A stretch of 64,000 nucleotides of DNA. Origin: an uncultured Actinomycetota bacterium. Its GTDB lineage: Bacteria; Actinomycetota; Actinomycetes; S36-B12; UBA10799. Location: positions 482,715 through 546,714 of the forward strand of contig CAVTCZ010000019.1 in assembly GCA_963733395.1 (NCBI GenBank). The letters run 5' to 3'. The notes beneath the pieces are model-generated. The model was not told the origin of the DNA and did no database searches. It saw nothing but the letters and a program-made list of their open reading frames with translations. Shown piece by piece: positions 38,658-48,345 of the stretch; within the stretch, counting starts at the first letter, position 1; each line of letters starts with the position of its first letter. The translations under genes were made by a program, and so were the position numbers.

Positions 38658-39666
38658 ATGAGCGAGCACCTGCTGGATGTTGATGACCTGTACGTGGAGT
38701 TCCGCACGCGCGATGGTGTCGCCAAGGCGATCAACGGCGTGAGCTACACCCTCGATGCGGGGGAGACGCTGGCTGTGCTCGGTGAGAGCGGGTCGGGCAA
38801 GTCGGTCACTGCGCAGACCATCATGGGGATCCTCGACATGCCTCCGGGGTTCATCACCGGCGGCGCAGATCCGGTACAAGGGCGACGACCTGCTGCAGAT
38901 GCCCGAGAAGGAGCGGCAGAAGATCCGGGGTGCGGAGATCGCCATGATCTTCCAGGACTCGCTGTCGGCGCTGAACCCGGTGTTCACCGTGGGCGATCAG
39001 ATCTCGGAGATGTTCCAGGTCCACCGTGGGATGTCCAAGAAGGAGGGCATGAAGCGGGCAGTGGACTTGATGGAACAGGTCCGGATCCCGGCGGCCAAGG
39101 AGCGGGTCAAGGACTATCCCCACCAGTTCTCCGGCGGCATGCGCCAGCGGATCATGATCGCGATGGCCATCAGTCTCGACCCGCTGTCCTGATCGCCGAC
39201 GAGCCCACGACGGCCCTGGATGTGACCGTGCAGGCGCAGATCATGGAACTGCTGCAGGAACTGCAGCGGGAACGCAACATGGGGATGATCCTTATCACGC
39301 ACGACCTGGGCGTGGTCGCCGGCGTGGCCGACAAGATCGCGGTCATGTACTCCGGACGCATCGTGGAGGACGCCGACGTCCTGGAGCTCTGTACGGGAAG
39401 CCGGCCCACCCGTACACCGAGGGACTGCTCGATTCGATGCCGCGGGTCGACTCCAAGGGTGAGGAACTCTACGCGATCAAGGGTCTGCCGCCCTCGCTGC
39501 TCGAATCTGCCGACGCGGCTGCAACTTCAACCCGCGCTGCCCCTACAAGCGAGGACATGTGCCTGCGCGAGGTGCCGCCGACGCGTCGAGATCGCCCCCG
39601 AGCCATCACGCCGCCTGTCACTTCTGGGAGGAGGTGTACCGTGAGCGAACCGATTCTGCAGGTTAA
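38658..39666 (+). pseudogene. peptide ABC transporter ATPase (DppD/OppD-like), about 8 frameshifts
   Basis: Contains GESGSGKS, FSGGMRQR and LIADEPTTALD. Junctions at about 38865, 39182 and 39390, and at 39503, 39516, 39550, 39581 and 39603. Confidence 0.85.
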
Positions 39667-40694
39667 GGACGTCGTCAAGCACTACCCGCTGACCCGCGGC
39701 ATCATCTTCAAGAAGCAGATCGGGCAAGTGCGGCGGTCGACGGCGTCTCGTTCGATCTGAGACGCCGGCGAGACGCTTCGGCATCGTGGGGGAGTCCGGC
39801 TGCGGCAAGTCCACGCTGGCCCGGTTGATCATGCGGCTCGAGGACCCCACGTCGGGCGAGATCTGGTTCGAGGGCGAGGACATGGCTTCGCTGGGTCCAA
39901 GGCCATGCGCACCAAGCGCCGCGACATCCAGATCGTGCTGCAGGACCCGTACACCTCACTCAACCCCCGCATGACGGTCGGCGGACATCGTCGGTGAACC
40001 GTTCGACATCCACCCGTCCGTGACCCCCAAGGGTGACCGCAAGAAGGCCGTGCAGGACCTGCTGGACGTGGTCGGGCTGAATCCGGAGCACATCAACCGC
40101 TACCCCCACCAGTTCTCCGGCGGCCAGCGTCAGCGCATCGGCATCGCGCGGGGACTGGCGCTGCGGCCGAAGATCATCGTCTGTGACGAGCCGGTCTCGG
40201 CGCTGGACGTTTCCGTGCAGGCGCAGGTGATCAACCTGTTCGAGAGTCTGCAGGACGAGTTCAACCTCACGTACATCTTCATCGCCCACGACCTGTCCGT
40301 GGTGCGGCACATCTCGGACCGGGTCGGTGTCATGTACCTCGGGAAGATCGTGGAGATCGGTGACGAGGCGTCCATCTACGAGCACCCGACCCACCCGTAC
40401 ACGCAAGCGTTGCTCTCGGCGGTACCGGTGCCCGATCCCGTCGGCCGCGAGGACCGCAAGCGGATCGTGCTGCAGGGCGACGTGCCCTCGCCGGCCAACC
40501 CGCCGTCGGGCTGCCGCTTCCGCACCCGCTGCTGGAAGGCGCAGGACATCTGCGCCGAGCAGGAGCCGCCGTTGATCCAGATCGGGACCGCGGGTGGCCA
40601 GTTCTCCGCCTGCCACTTCCCGCAGGAGCGTGACGTCGTGCACAACGACGTGCCGACCGCCGCACTGGATCTCTCCGAGATGCCGCTGGAGTAG
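39641..40694 (+). pseudogene. peptide ABC transporter ATPase (DppF/OppF-like), about 5 frameshifts in the first third
   Basis: Contains [16 protein letters not shown] and [11 protein letters not shown]. Junctions at about 39733, 39766, 39779, 39898 and 39983. The last 675 nt are a clean ORF. Confidence 0.85.
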
Positions 40695-40752
40695 CGGCGG
40701 GTCATCCGGGTACGACGACGGTCCCACTGGGGCTTGGGGAAGCGGCCGGGTG

Positions 40753-40838
40753 CCGTTCGTTAGAAGTTGTCCCGTTGGTTAGCGAAGACACGCGTGTTTT
40801 CGCTCACCAACGGGACAACCGCTAACCAAGTGCGCCTG
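40753..40838. repeat. palindromic intergenic element, family A, copy 2
   Basis: gttagaagttgtcccgttggttagcgaa / ttcgctcaccaacgggacaaccgctaac, ending in agtgcgcctg. Lies between convergent genes. Confidence 0.8.
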
Positions 40839-40903
40839 ACGAGACGGGGCAGCACCGGCGACCGACCCGGACCCGCCCGGGCGCGAGGAGAACACCGTGG
40901 ACC

Positions 40904-42900
40904 TCAGCCCAGGTGCCGGCGGAAGAAGTCCACCTGCAGCAGCAGCAGGTTCTCAGCGACCTCGGGCTGCGGGGTCATGTGGGTCACCCCGGACAGCGGG
41001 AGCACCTCGTGGGTGCGTCCGGCGCGCAGCAGTGCGGTCGACATCTGCAAGGTGTGGGCGGCGAAGACGTTGTCGTCCGAGAGACCGTGGATCAGCAGCA
41101 GCGGCCGCTGCAGGTCGGCGGCCAGGGGCAGCAGCGAGCAGTGGTCGTAGGGCCCCGCGTCGTCGCGCGGGTCACCCAGGTAGCGCTCGGTGTACGCCGT
41201 GTCGTAGAGGCGCCACTCGGTCACCGGGGCACCGGCGATGGCCGCGTGGAAGACATCCGGACGGCGCAGCACGGCCAGTGCCGCCAGGTACCCGCCGTAG
41301 GACCACCCCAGGATTCCCACCCGGTCGGTGTCGACGCGGTCCGGGAACCGTTCGGCGACCGAAGCAAGGGCCGTCACTTGGTCGTCCAGTGCGGGGTCCC
41401 GCAGGTCGCCGGCCACGGCGTGCTCCCACGCCGGTGACTGCCCGGGGGTGCCACGGCCGTCGGCGATCACCACGCAGAAGCCCTGGTCGGCCAGCCACTG
41501 GGCGCTGTTGTAGGCGCTGCGCGCGGCCAGTACCCGCTGGGCATGCGGGCCACCGTAGGGGTTCATGAGCACCGGCAGTCGGCCCTGTGTGGCCGCGCTC
41601 GGCCACAGGACCACCGTCTGCACCTCATCCCGGCCACCGGACACAAGCGTGGGTCGCGGGGTCACCACCGGTTCCTCCGCGAGGTTCGGCACCTCTGCCA
41701 GCACGCGGTGGTCGTGATCGCGGATGCACACCGTCGCCCGCGGACTGTCCCAGGTGGTCTCGCTGGTCACGATCAGGCCGGCCTCGCAGGTCGCGGTGAC
41801 GTAGCGGTCGGGCTCGGACAGCCAGCGGAACCCGGCCTCGTCCACCCGCGCCAGTCGGCTCTCGGCCGGGCTCTGACAAGCGGTCAGGAAGATGGTGCCG
41901 TCGATGGTTCCCACCAGGGACCGCACCTGCACATCCTCGGGCGTCACCGGCACGCCATCGACCGTCAGCCGGCGTTGCTGTTCGTCTCGCCAGGCCAACA
42001 GCCGCCCGTCCGCCCGCCGCGGCAGCCCCGGGACCAGGTCCAGCCAGGGTCGCTGCTCGAGGGTGGTCACCGGATCCCCGGAGAAGTCGCACAGCGCCAG
42101 CCGGGTTTGTGCCCGGTCGAAGTCCCGATCAGCCCGCCGCCGACGGTCGCCAGGTATTCGTGCTCGGGCAGGGGCACCCGGGTGCCCTCGCCTTCAAGAT
42201 CGAACCGCCACAGTTGCACGGTCGCGTTCGTCGCCCCCGCGTGCGGATACCGCTGTGGCTGCGGCACCCGGTCCGGGGTCGCCGGCGAACTGCGGTACCA
42301 CTGCGGCACCGCAGAATCGTCGGTGCGCTGCACCAGCAGGCCCGAGGAGTCGGGCAGCCACCAGTACCCGCGGCTGCGGCCGAGTTCCTCGGCGGCGATG
42401 AAGTCGGTGACGGCCCAGGTCTGGTCGCCATCGGGGGCCACGACGACCCGGTGGTCGTCACCACTGAACCGGCAGACCTGCAGTGCGCCGCCGCCGACCC
42501 AACTGATCCACTCGGCGTCGGGGCTGAGTCGGGGGTCGTACGCGCCCGTGGCCACGTCGAGGGTGCGGGCGCCGTGCGTGGCATCCCACGTGCGCAGGAC
42601 GCCGCCGGATCCGGCCACCACGCGGTCGGCGCGGACGTCGTAGCTGGTGATCCCGGAGGCGGACTCCCGCAGCCGCTCGCGCAGGGCCCGTTCCACGGCC
42701 GTCAGGTCGCCGGTCCGGTCCGGGGAGAGCAACTCCTGGGTCTGCCCCGTCGCGCGGTCCCACCGGTGCAGTCGCAGGGCGGAGTCGCGACTGCCGCCCG
42801 ACCGCAGGAAGTACACGGCCGCTTCCGTGGCCCGGAAGTTGCGCGGCACGCCGTGCCGGAACTGCCCCGTCGCTGCCGCTTGTCTGGGGAAGGACTCCAT
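40904..42900 (-). pseudogene. S9-family dipeptidyl aminopeptidase/prolyl oligopeptidase, one frameshift
   Basis: The beta-propeller half is ORF 42067..42900 and the catalytic half is ORF 40904..42070 (GWSYGGY nucleophile). The two join at about 42135, where ...EHEYLATV... continues as ...DFDRAQTRLALCDF.... Confidence 0.82.
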
Positions 42901-42989
42901 CTGCCCAGGCTAGGGGCTCCGGTACAGTTCGGCGCGGTCCAGCACGCGTGCGCTACCGCCCGGCGGCGGCTCGGCCTAGGCTTGGTGGC

Positions 42990-43883
42990 ATGCCGGATCG
43001 ACGACTGCTCATCGTGCACGCACATCCCGACGACGAGACCATCACCACCGGCGCGTTGATGGCCGGCTACGTGCAGCAGGGCGTGCAGGTCACGCTCGTC
43101 ACGTGCACCCTGGGCGAGGAAGGGGAGGTCCTGCTGGCGGACGCCCAGCACCTGGCCTCGCACAGCGAGGACCGCCTCGGGGAGCACCGGCACACCGAAC
43201 TGGATGAGGCCATGGCCGTCCTGGGCGTGACGGACTGGCGGTTGCTGGGAGGGCCGCACAAGTACCGGGACAGCGGGATGATGGGCACCGAGGCGAACAA
43301 CCGCCCCGACTGCTTCTGGCGGGCCGACCTGCTGGAGGCCGCCAGCGATCTGGTGGCGGTCATCCGGGAAGTGCGCCCGCAGGTGGCTGTCACCTACGAC
43401 GATTTCGGCGGCTACGGCCACCCCGACCACATCCAGGCCCACCGCGTCCTCACCTACGCGGTGGCGCTGGCCGCGGTCCCCTCCTTCCGCGTGGATCTGG
43501 GGGAACCCTGGACGGTGCAGAAGGTCTACTGGACGGCACTTCCCAAGGGCATGCTGCAGGCAGGCATCCGTGCGCTGCGGGAGGCGGGCGAGGACACCGG
43601 GTTCGCGGCCATGGATCCCGACAACCTGCCGTTCGGGGTCGATGACGCCCTGATCACTGCCTCCGTGGACTTCTCGGACCTCCTGGAGACCAAGATGGCG
43701 GCGCTGGCCAAACACGCCTCGCAGATACAGACCGACGGTGGTTTCTTCGCGCTGTCGAACAACCTCGGAACCCGTGCGATGGGCGTCGAGCACTTCCGCA
43801 TCGCGCACGGCGATCCCGCGCCGCCGTTCGACGAACAGGGCCGGGAAACGGACCTGTTCAACGGCGTCACTCGATCGGATTAG
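42990..43883 (+). CDS. mshB: GlcNAc-Ins deacetylase (mycothiol biosynthesis)
   Basis: LLIVHAHPDDETI...VTCTLGEEGE...HPDH. Paralog of the mca at 6769. Rv1170-like position ahead of fdx/dapC. Confidence 0.85.
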   Translation: MPDRRLLIVHAHPDDETITTGALMAGYVQQGVQVTLVTCTLGEEGEVLLADAQHLASHSEDRLGEHRHTELDEAMAVLGVTDWRLLGGPHKYRDSGMMGTEANNRPDCFWRADLLEAASDLVAVIREVRPQVAVTYDDFGGYGHPDHIQAHRVLTYAVALAAVPSFRVDLGEPWTVQKVYWTALPKGMLQAGIRALREAGEDTGFAAMDPDNLPFGVDDALITASVDFSDLLETKMAALAKHASQIQTDGGFFALSNNLGTRAMGVEHFRIAHGDPAPPFDEQGRETDLFNGVTRSD

Positions 43884-43971
43884 GTCGTTCGGGTCGAACT
43901 GCGGCCCGTTGGTACCCCTTTGCCGGAAAGGGGCGCACGCTGTGTATAGGGGAAGCGGCGAGGAGACCCAA

Positions 43972-45867
43972 ATGGACCCGTCCCGAGAGATCCTTGATGA
44001 AGTTGCCGGGGGGCGGCTTCGTGCCTCAGAGGCGGATGTCGGTCGTGCCCGGGAGCGCGGCCGGCAGCGACGGTTGCTGCTCATCGGGGTGGTGCTGTTC
44101 ATCCCCGCCGCGTGGCTGTGGTGGCGCATCCTCAGCGGCCATGGCGTAGACGTGACCCGGCTCAGTCTGCCGACGATCGACCCGTTCCTGCTCATCGTCG
44201 GGGTGTTCTTCCTCGTGCTCATCGGCACCCTGCTGGGGACCACCGTCGTCGCCGGGCGCTCGCCGCACGTGACCTACCGGCCGGAGCAGATCACCACCCG
44301 CTTCGAAGACGTCCGCGGCATCGACAGCGTCAAGGCCGAGGTCCTGCGGTCGCTGAACCTCTTCCTGGCACACAGCAGTTTCGCCGAAGAGATGGGTGGC
44401 ACCGCCCGCCGTGGCCTACTGTTCGAAGGCCCGCCCGGCACCGGCAAGACGTACGTCGCGAAGGCGATGGCCGCCGAGGCCGAGGTGCCGTTCCTGTTCG
44501 TGAGCGCCACCGCCTTCCAGTCCATGTACTACGGCGCCACGGCCCGCAAGATCCGCTCCTACTTCAAGGCGCTGCGCAAGACCGCCCGCCGGGAGGGCGG
44601 TGCGATCGGCTTCATGGAGGAGATCGATGCGATCGCGACCTCCCGCGGGGGTCTCGATCAGGCCACCGTCGCCACCGATTCCATTGCCGGGTGCGGCGGA
44701 CTGGTCGGGCTGCCCACCGCCGGTGGCGGGCCCGTGACGAACGCCTCGGTCGTCAGTGAGGGCACCGGTGGCGTTGTCAACGAGTTGCTGGTGCAGATGC
44801 AGTCATTCGACGAACCGACTGGTTGGCAGGTCTTCGCCGGTCGTGTGGTGGATATGGTCAACCTGCTGTTGCCGGCCCAACGGCAATTGCACCGACCCCG
44901 GCCGCGTCCAGCCAACATCCTGCTCATCGCGGCCACGAACCGCGCATCGGCGCTCGACCCGGCGCTGCTGCGCCCCGGACGATTCGACCGGGTGCTGACG
45001 TTCGAGCCCCCCGGGAAGCAGGGCCGTCGGGACCTGATCGACCTGATGTTGGGCAAGCGGGCACACGACGACGAACTCGACCGTCCGGATGTGCGCGACC
45101 ACATCGCAGCGCTGACCACCGGGTACACCCCGGCGAGGCTGGAGAACCTCTTCGACGAGGCGCTGGTGGAAGCGCTGCGCCGCGGGTCGCGCACGATGCA
45201 GATCCGGGACGTGCATGCTGCCAGGCTTGTCGCCGACGTCGGAATGGGGCAACCCGTGGCCTACACCGAGCACGAGGCGCGACTGATCGCCACCCATGAG
45301 GCCGGACACGCGGTGGTCGCACACATCGTGGCGCCGCAGCGCCGCTTGGAGGTGCTCACGATCGTCAAGCGCAAGGATGCCCTGGGCATGCTCGCGCACA
45401 ACGACACCGAGGATGTCTTCACGCGCAGCCGCGCCGAACTGCTGGGCCTCATCCAGATCGCCTTCGGCGGGATGGTCGCCGAGGAGGTGTTCTTCGGGGA
45501 CGTCTCCACCGGTCCGAGTTCGGATCTGAACTACGCGACGACGGTCGCGGCCCAGATGGTCGGTGCCGCCGGCATGGTGGGTTCCCTGATCAACCTGTCG
45601 GCGGTGCAGGGATCGGTCATGTCCGATACGAACCTGGTCGGCCGGGTCATCGCCGACGCCCCGAGCCGCGCCGCCGTCGAGCAGTTGCTGGCCGAGCAGA
45701 AGGCGGTGGCACGGTCGGTGATCGAAGAGCATCGCCACGTGGTGGAGGCGCTGCGGGACGCACTGCTGGAGCGGCACGAGTTGGTCGGCGCCGAGATTCT
45801 CGACGTCGTCGATGCTGCCGTCGTGGACGTGCGCACGCCGGTCGTCCGCCCGACAGGCCGGGCATAG
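43972..45867 (+). CDS. FtsH-like membrane AAA+ / M41 metalloprotease paralog
   Basis: Two TMs, Walker A GPPGTGKT, second region of homology ATNRASALDPALLRPGRFD, and zinc motif HEAGHAV. Confidence 0.82.
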   Translation: MDPSREILDEVAGGRLRASEADVGRARERGRQRRLLLIGVVLFIPAAWLWWRILSGHGVDVTRLSLPTIDPFLLIVGVFFLVLIGTLLGTTVVAGRSPHVTYRPEQITTRFEDVRGIDSVKAEVLRSLNLFLAHSSFAEEMGGTARRGLLFEGPPGTGKTYVAKAMAAEAEVPFLFVSATAFQSMYYGATARKIRSYFKALRKTARREGGAIGFMEEIDAIATSRGGLDQATVATDSIAGCGGLVGLPTAGGGPVTNASVVSEGTGGVVNELLVQMQSFDEPTGWQVFAGRVVDMVNLLLPAQRQLHRPRPRPANILLIAATNRASALDPALLRPGRFDRVLTFEPPGKQGRRDLIDLMLGKRAHDDELDRPDVRDHIAALTTGYTPARLENLFDEALVEALRRGSRTMQIRDVHAARLVADVGMGQPVAYTEHEARLIATHEAGHAVVAHIVAPQRRLEVLTIVKRKDALGMLAHNDTEDVFTRSRAELLGLIQIAFGGMVAEEVFFGDVSTGPSSDLNYATTVAAQMVGAAGMVGSLINLSAVQGSVMSDTNLVGRVIADAPSRAAVEQLLAEQKAVARSVIEEHRHVVEALRDALLERHELVGAEILDVVDAAVVDVRTPVVRPTGRA

Positions 45868-45895
45868 TCGCGGGAGCGGCACTAGCGTTGCGTCA

Positions 45896-46369
45896 GTGAA
45901 GGATGCGTTCCGCGGCCTGATGGCCAAGTCCGCCAGTGGCGTGGTGGTCGTCACCGCCCGCGTGGACGACGGGGACCACGCGATGACCGCGAACTCCTTC
46001 ACCTCCGTGTCGTTGGAACCTCCTTTGATCCTGTTCTGCGTCCAGCGCGATTCCCGGTTCCATGCCGCCATCCACGCCGCGGACCGCTGGGTGGTCAACC
46101 TGCTGGCCGCCGAGCAGGCCGCAGCGGCTCGGTGGTTCGCCGAGCGGGGACGCCCGCTGACCGGGCAGATGGAGGTCGTGGAGTACACCCGCGACCCCGA
46201 CCACATTGCGCTGCTGACCGGATCCATCGGGCATCTGGGCTGCACCACCCAAGCCATCCACCCCGGCGGGGACCACAGCATCGTCGTGGGTCGGGTGCAC
46301 CGGATCGTCCACGAACGGTTGCAGGCACCACCGCTGGTCTACCTCGACCACCGCCTCGGACCGGCATAG
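45896..46369 (+). CDS. flavin reductase-like (FMN-binding split-barrel) protein
   Basis: FRGLMAKSASGVVVVTA...AMTANSFTSVSLEPPLILFCV. Confidence 0.82.
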   Translation: MKDAFRGLMAKSASGVVVVTARVDDGDHAMTANSFTSVSLEPPLILFCVQRDSRFHAAIHAADRWVVNLLAAEQAAAARWFAERGRPLTGQMEVVEYTRDPDHIALLTGSIGHLGCTTQAIHPGGDHSIVVGRVHRIVHERLQAPPLVYLDHRLGPA

Positions 46370-46467
46370 GTCATGCACGTCAATGCGCCGGTGCAGGTGC
46401 GTGCGGACCCGCGATCCGCTATAGCCTTGAGCATGAGGCTTGGGACTCAGTCGAGAAAGGGACGGTC

Positions 46468-46794
46468 GTGACGTACGTCATCGCGTTGCCATGTGTGGAC
46501 CTGAAGGACAAGGCGTGCATCGATGAGTGTCCGGTGGACTGCATCTACGAGGGCGAACGCATGCTGTACATCCACCCGGACGAGTGCGTCGACTGCGGGG
46601 CGTGTGAACCGGTGTGCCCGGTGGAGGCGATCTACTACGAGGACGACGTCCCGGAGGAGTGGTCGGAGTACACCGCGGCGAACGTGGACTTCTTCAACAA
46701 CATCGGTTCCCCCGGTGGGGCGACCAAGTTGGGCCTGATCGAGCACGACGTGGACTTCATCGCGGCGCTCCCCCCGCAGCCGCACGACGAGTAG
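46468..46794 (+). CDS. fdxA: 7Fe ferredoxin
   Basis: (V)TYVIALPCVDLKDKACIDECPVDCIYEG...CVDCGACEPVCP. Confidence 0.92.
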   Translation: MTYVIALPCVDLKDKACIDECPVDCIYEGERMLYIHPDECVDCGACEPVCPVEAIYYEDDVPEEWSEYTAANVDFFNNIGSPGGATKLGLIEHDVDFIAALPPQPHDE

Positions 46795-46797
46795 CGG

Positions 46798-47859
46798 GTG
46801 CAACTCCCCGACTTCCCGTGGGACCGTCTCGCCGGCCCCAAGCAGCGAGCACAGGCAGTTCCGGGCGGCATCGTGGACCTGTCCGTGGGGACGCCGGTCG
46901 ATCCCACGCCGGCCGTCGTCCAGGAGGCACTTGCGGCGGCCTCGAACGCACCTGGTTACCCGACGGTGCACGGCACGGCGGCCGTGCGGGAAGCTGCGGT
47001 GGACTGGCTCGGTCGCTCGTTGGGGGTGAGCGTCGCCGCATCGGATGTGCTGCCTCTGATCGGGACCAAGGAATTCGTGGCGTGGCTGCCGACGCTGCTG
47101 GGGCTCGGCCCCACCGACGTGGTCGCGTCCCCGGCCGTGGCCTACCCGACGTACGCGGTGGGGGCGATGATCGCCGGTTGCCAGACGGCATTCGTCGGCG
47201 AGCCCGCGCAACTCATCTGGCTGAACTCCCCGGCCAACCCCACCGGCGAGGTGCTGTCCGTCGAGGAACTGCGTGATGTGGTCGGCTTCGCCCGGCGCAC
47301 CGGATCGATCGTCGCCAGCGACGAGTGCTACATCGAACTCGGGTGGGACCGGCAGCCGGTGTCGGTCCTGCACCCGGATGTCTGCGACGGCGACCATACA
47401 GGCTTGCTGGCAGTCCATTCCTTGTCCAAGCGCTCCAACCTCGCCGGCTACAGGTTCGGCTTCACCACCGGCGACCCGGCGTTGGTCAAGAGTCTGCTGG
47501 AAGTGCGCAAACACGCCGGCATGATGGTCTCGTCACCGGTGCAGGCGGCCGCCACCGCGGCGCTGCTGGACGACCGGCACGTCGCGGTCCAGCGGGGTTT
47601 GTACGCCGGACGTCGGGAGGTGCTGATGTCGGCGCTGGCGGGGGCGGGATTCCGGATCGACCAGTCGCACGCCGGGTTGTACCTGTGGGCGACCCGCGAC
47701 GAGCCCTGCTGGGACACCGTCAATGACCTCGCCGACCGGGGGATCCTGGTGGCGCCGGGGGACTTCTACGGTACGGCGGGGGACCGGCACGTCCGGGTTG
47801 CGCTCACGGCGACCGACGAGCGCGTCGCGCTGGCGGCGCAGCGGCTCACGGGGCACTGA
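46798..47859 (+). CDS. dapC: N-succinyldiaminopimelate aminotransferase (class I PLP aminotransferase)
   Basis: 353 aa with the SLSKRSNLAGYR PLP-lysine motif. It lies directly after fdx, as Rv1178 follows Rv1177. Confidence 0.82.
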   Translation: MQLPDFPWDRLAGPKQRAQAVPGGIVDLSVGTPVDPTPAVVQEALAAASNAPGYPTVHGTAAVREAAVDWLGRSLGVSVAASDVLPLIGTKEFVAWLPTLLGLGPTDVVASPAVAYPTYAVGAMIAGCQTAFVGEPAQLIWLNSPANPTGEVLSVEELRDVVGFARRTGSIVASDECYIELGWDRQPVSVLHPDVCDGDHTGLLAVHSLSKRSNLAGYRFGFTTGDPALVKSLLEVRKHAGMMVSSPVQAAATAALLDDRHVAVQRGLYAGRREVLMSALAGAGFRIDQSHAGLYLWATRDEPCWDTVNDLADRGILVAPGDFYGTAGDRHVRVALTATDERVALAAQRLTGH

Positions 47860-47869
47860 GCGCCGGGCC

Positions 47870-48256
47870 TCACTCCTGCCAGGTGTCCACCTGTCGCAAC
47901 CACGCGGCCGCGGATTCGCGGTCGGGGAAGGTGCGCACGAGCAGGCCGCGATTGAGGCTGGCCACCTCCCAGAACTGCACCAAGCGCGCGATGTCCGGAT
48001 GCGAGGGGAGGACGACGGCCTCCCGGAATCGGGCCAGCACGCCCTGCTTGGAGAGTTCCTCGGCCAGTCGCACGAGGTCGATCACCGTGTGCCCGCCGGC
48101 CATGTCCGTGCAGTCGGCCAGAACGAGGTAGTGGTCGGCGTCCCGCGCCGCTGCCAGCGTCGCAGCGAAGGCCTCCTGCAACTCGTCGGGTGCCAGTACG
48201 TCGCGGATCCGCAGTTCGATGAACCCGTCGTCGGCTACGTCGAGTTCCCAGGCCAT
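47870..48256 (-). CDS. hypothetical protein
   Basis: 128-aa ORF with good GC3 and no recognised motif. Confidence 0.5.
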   Translation of the reverse strand: MAWELDVADDGFIELRIRDVLAPDELQEAFAATLAAARDADHYLVLADCTDMAGGHTVIDLVRLAEELSKQGVLARFREAVVLPSHPDIARLVQFWEVASLNRGLLVRTFPDRESAAAWLRQVDTWQE

Positions 48257-48345
48257 GCCCCCACGCTAGTGCGTCTGTGAGGTCCGAGGACTCCAGTTGC
48301 TGCCCGAGCGCAGCGTGCCCTGCCACAGCGGACTAGCGTGGGGTC

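Noticed and set aside
42702-44243. 513-aa minus-strand ORF, with similar long antisense ORFs at 44803..46281, 29022..30281, 21860..23185, 11207..12871 and 48235..49029
   Set aside because: Each lies opposite a gene with clear family motifs (mshB, FtsH-like, HNH, ychF, phoH2, gltA). All show shadow-frame composition.
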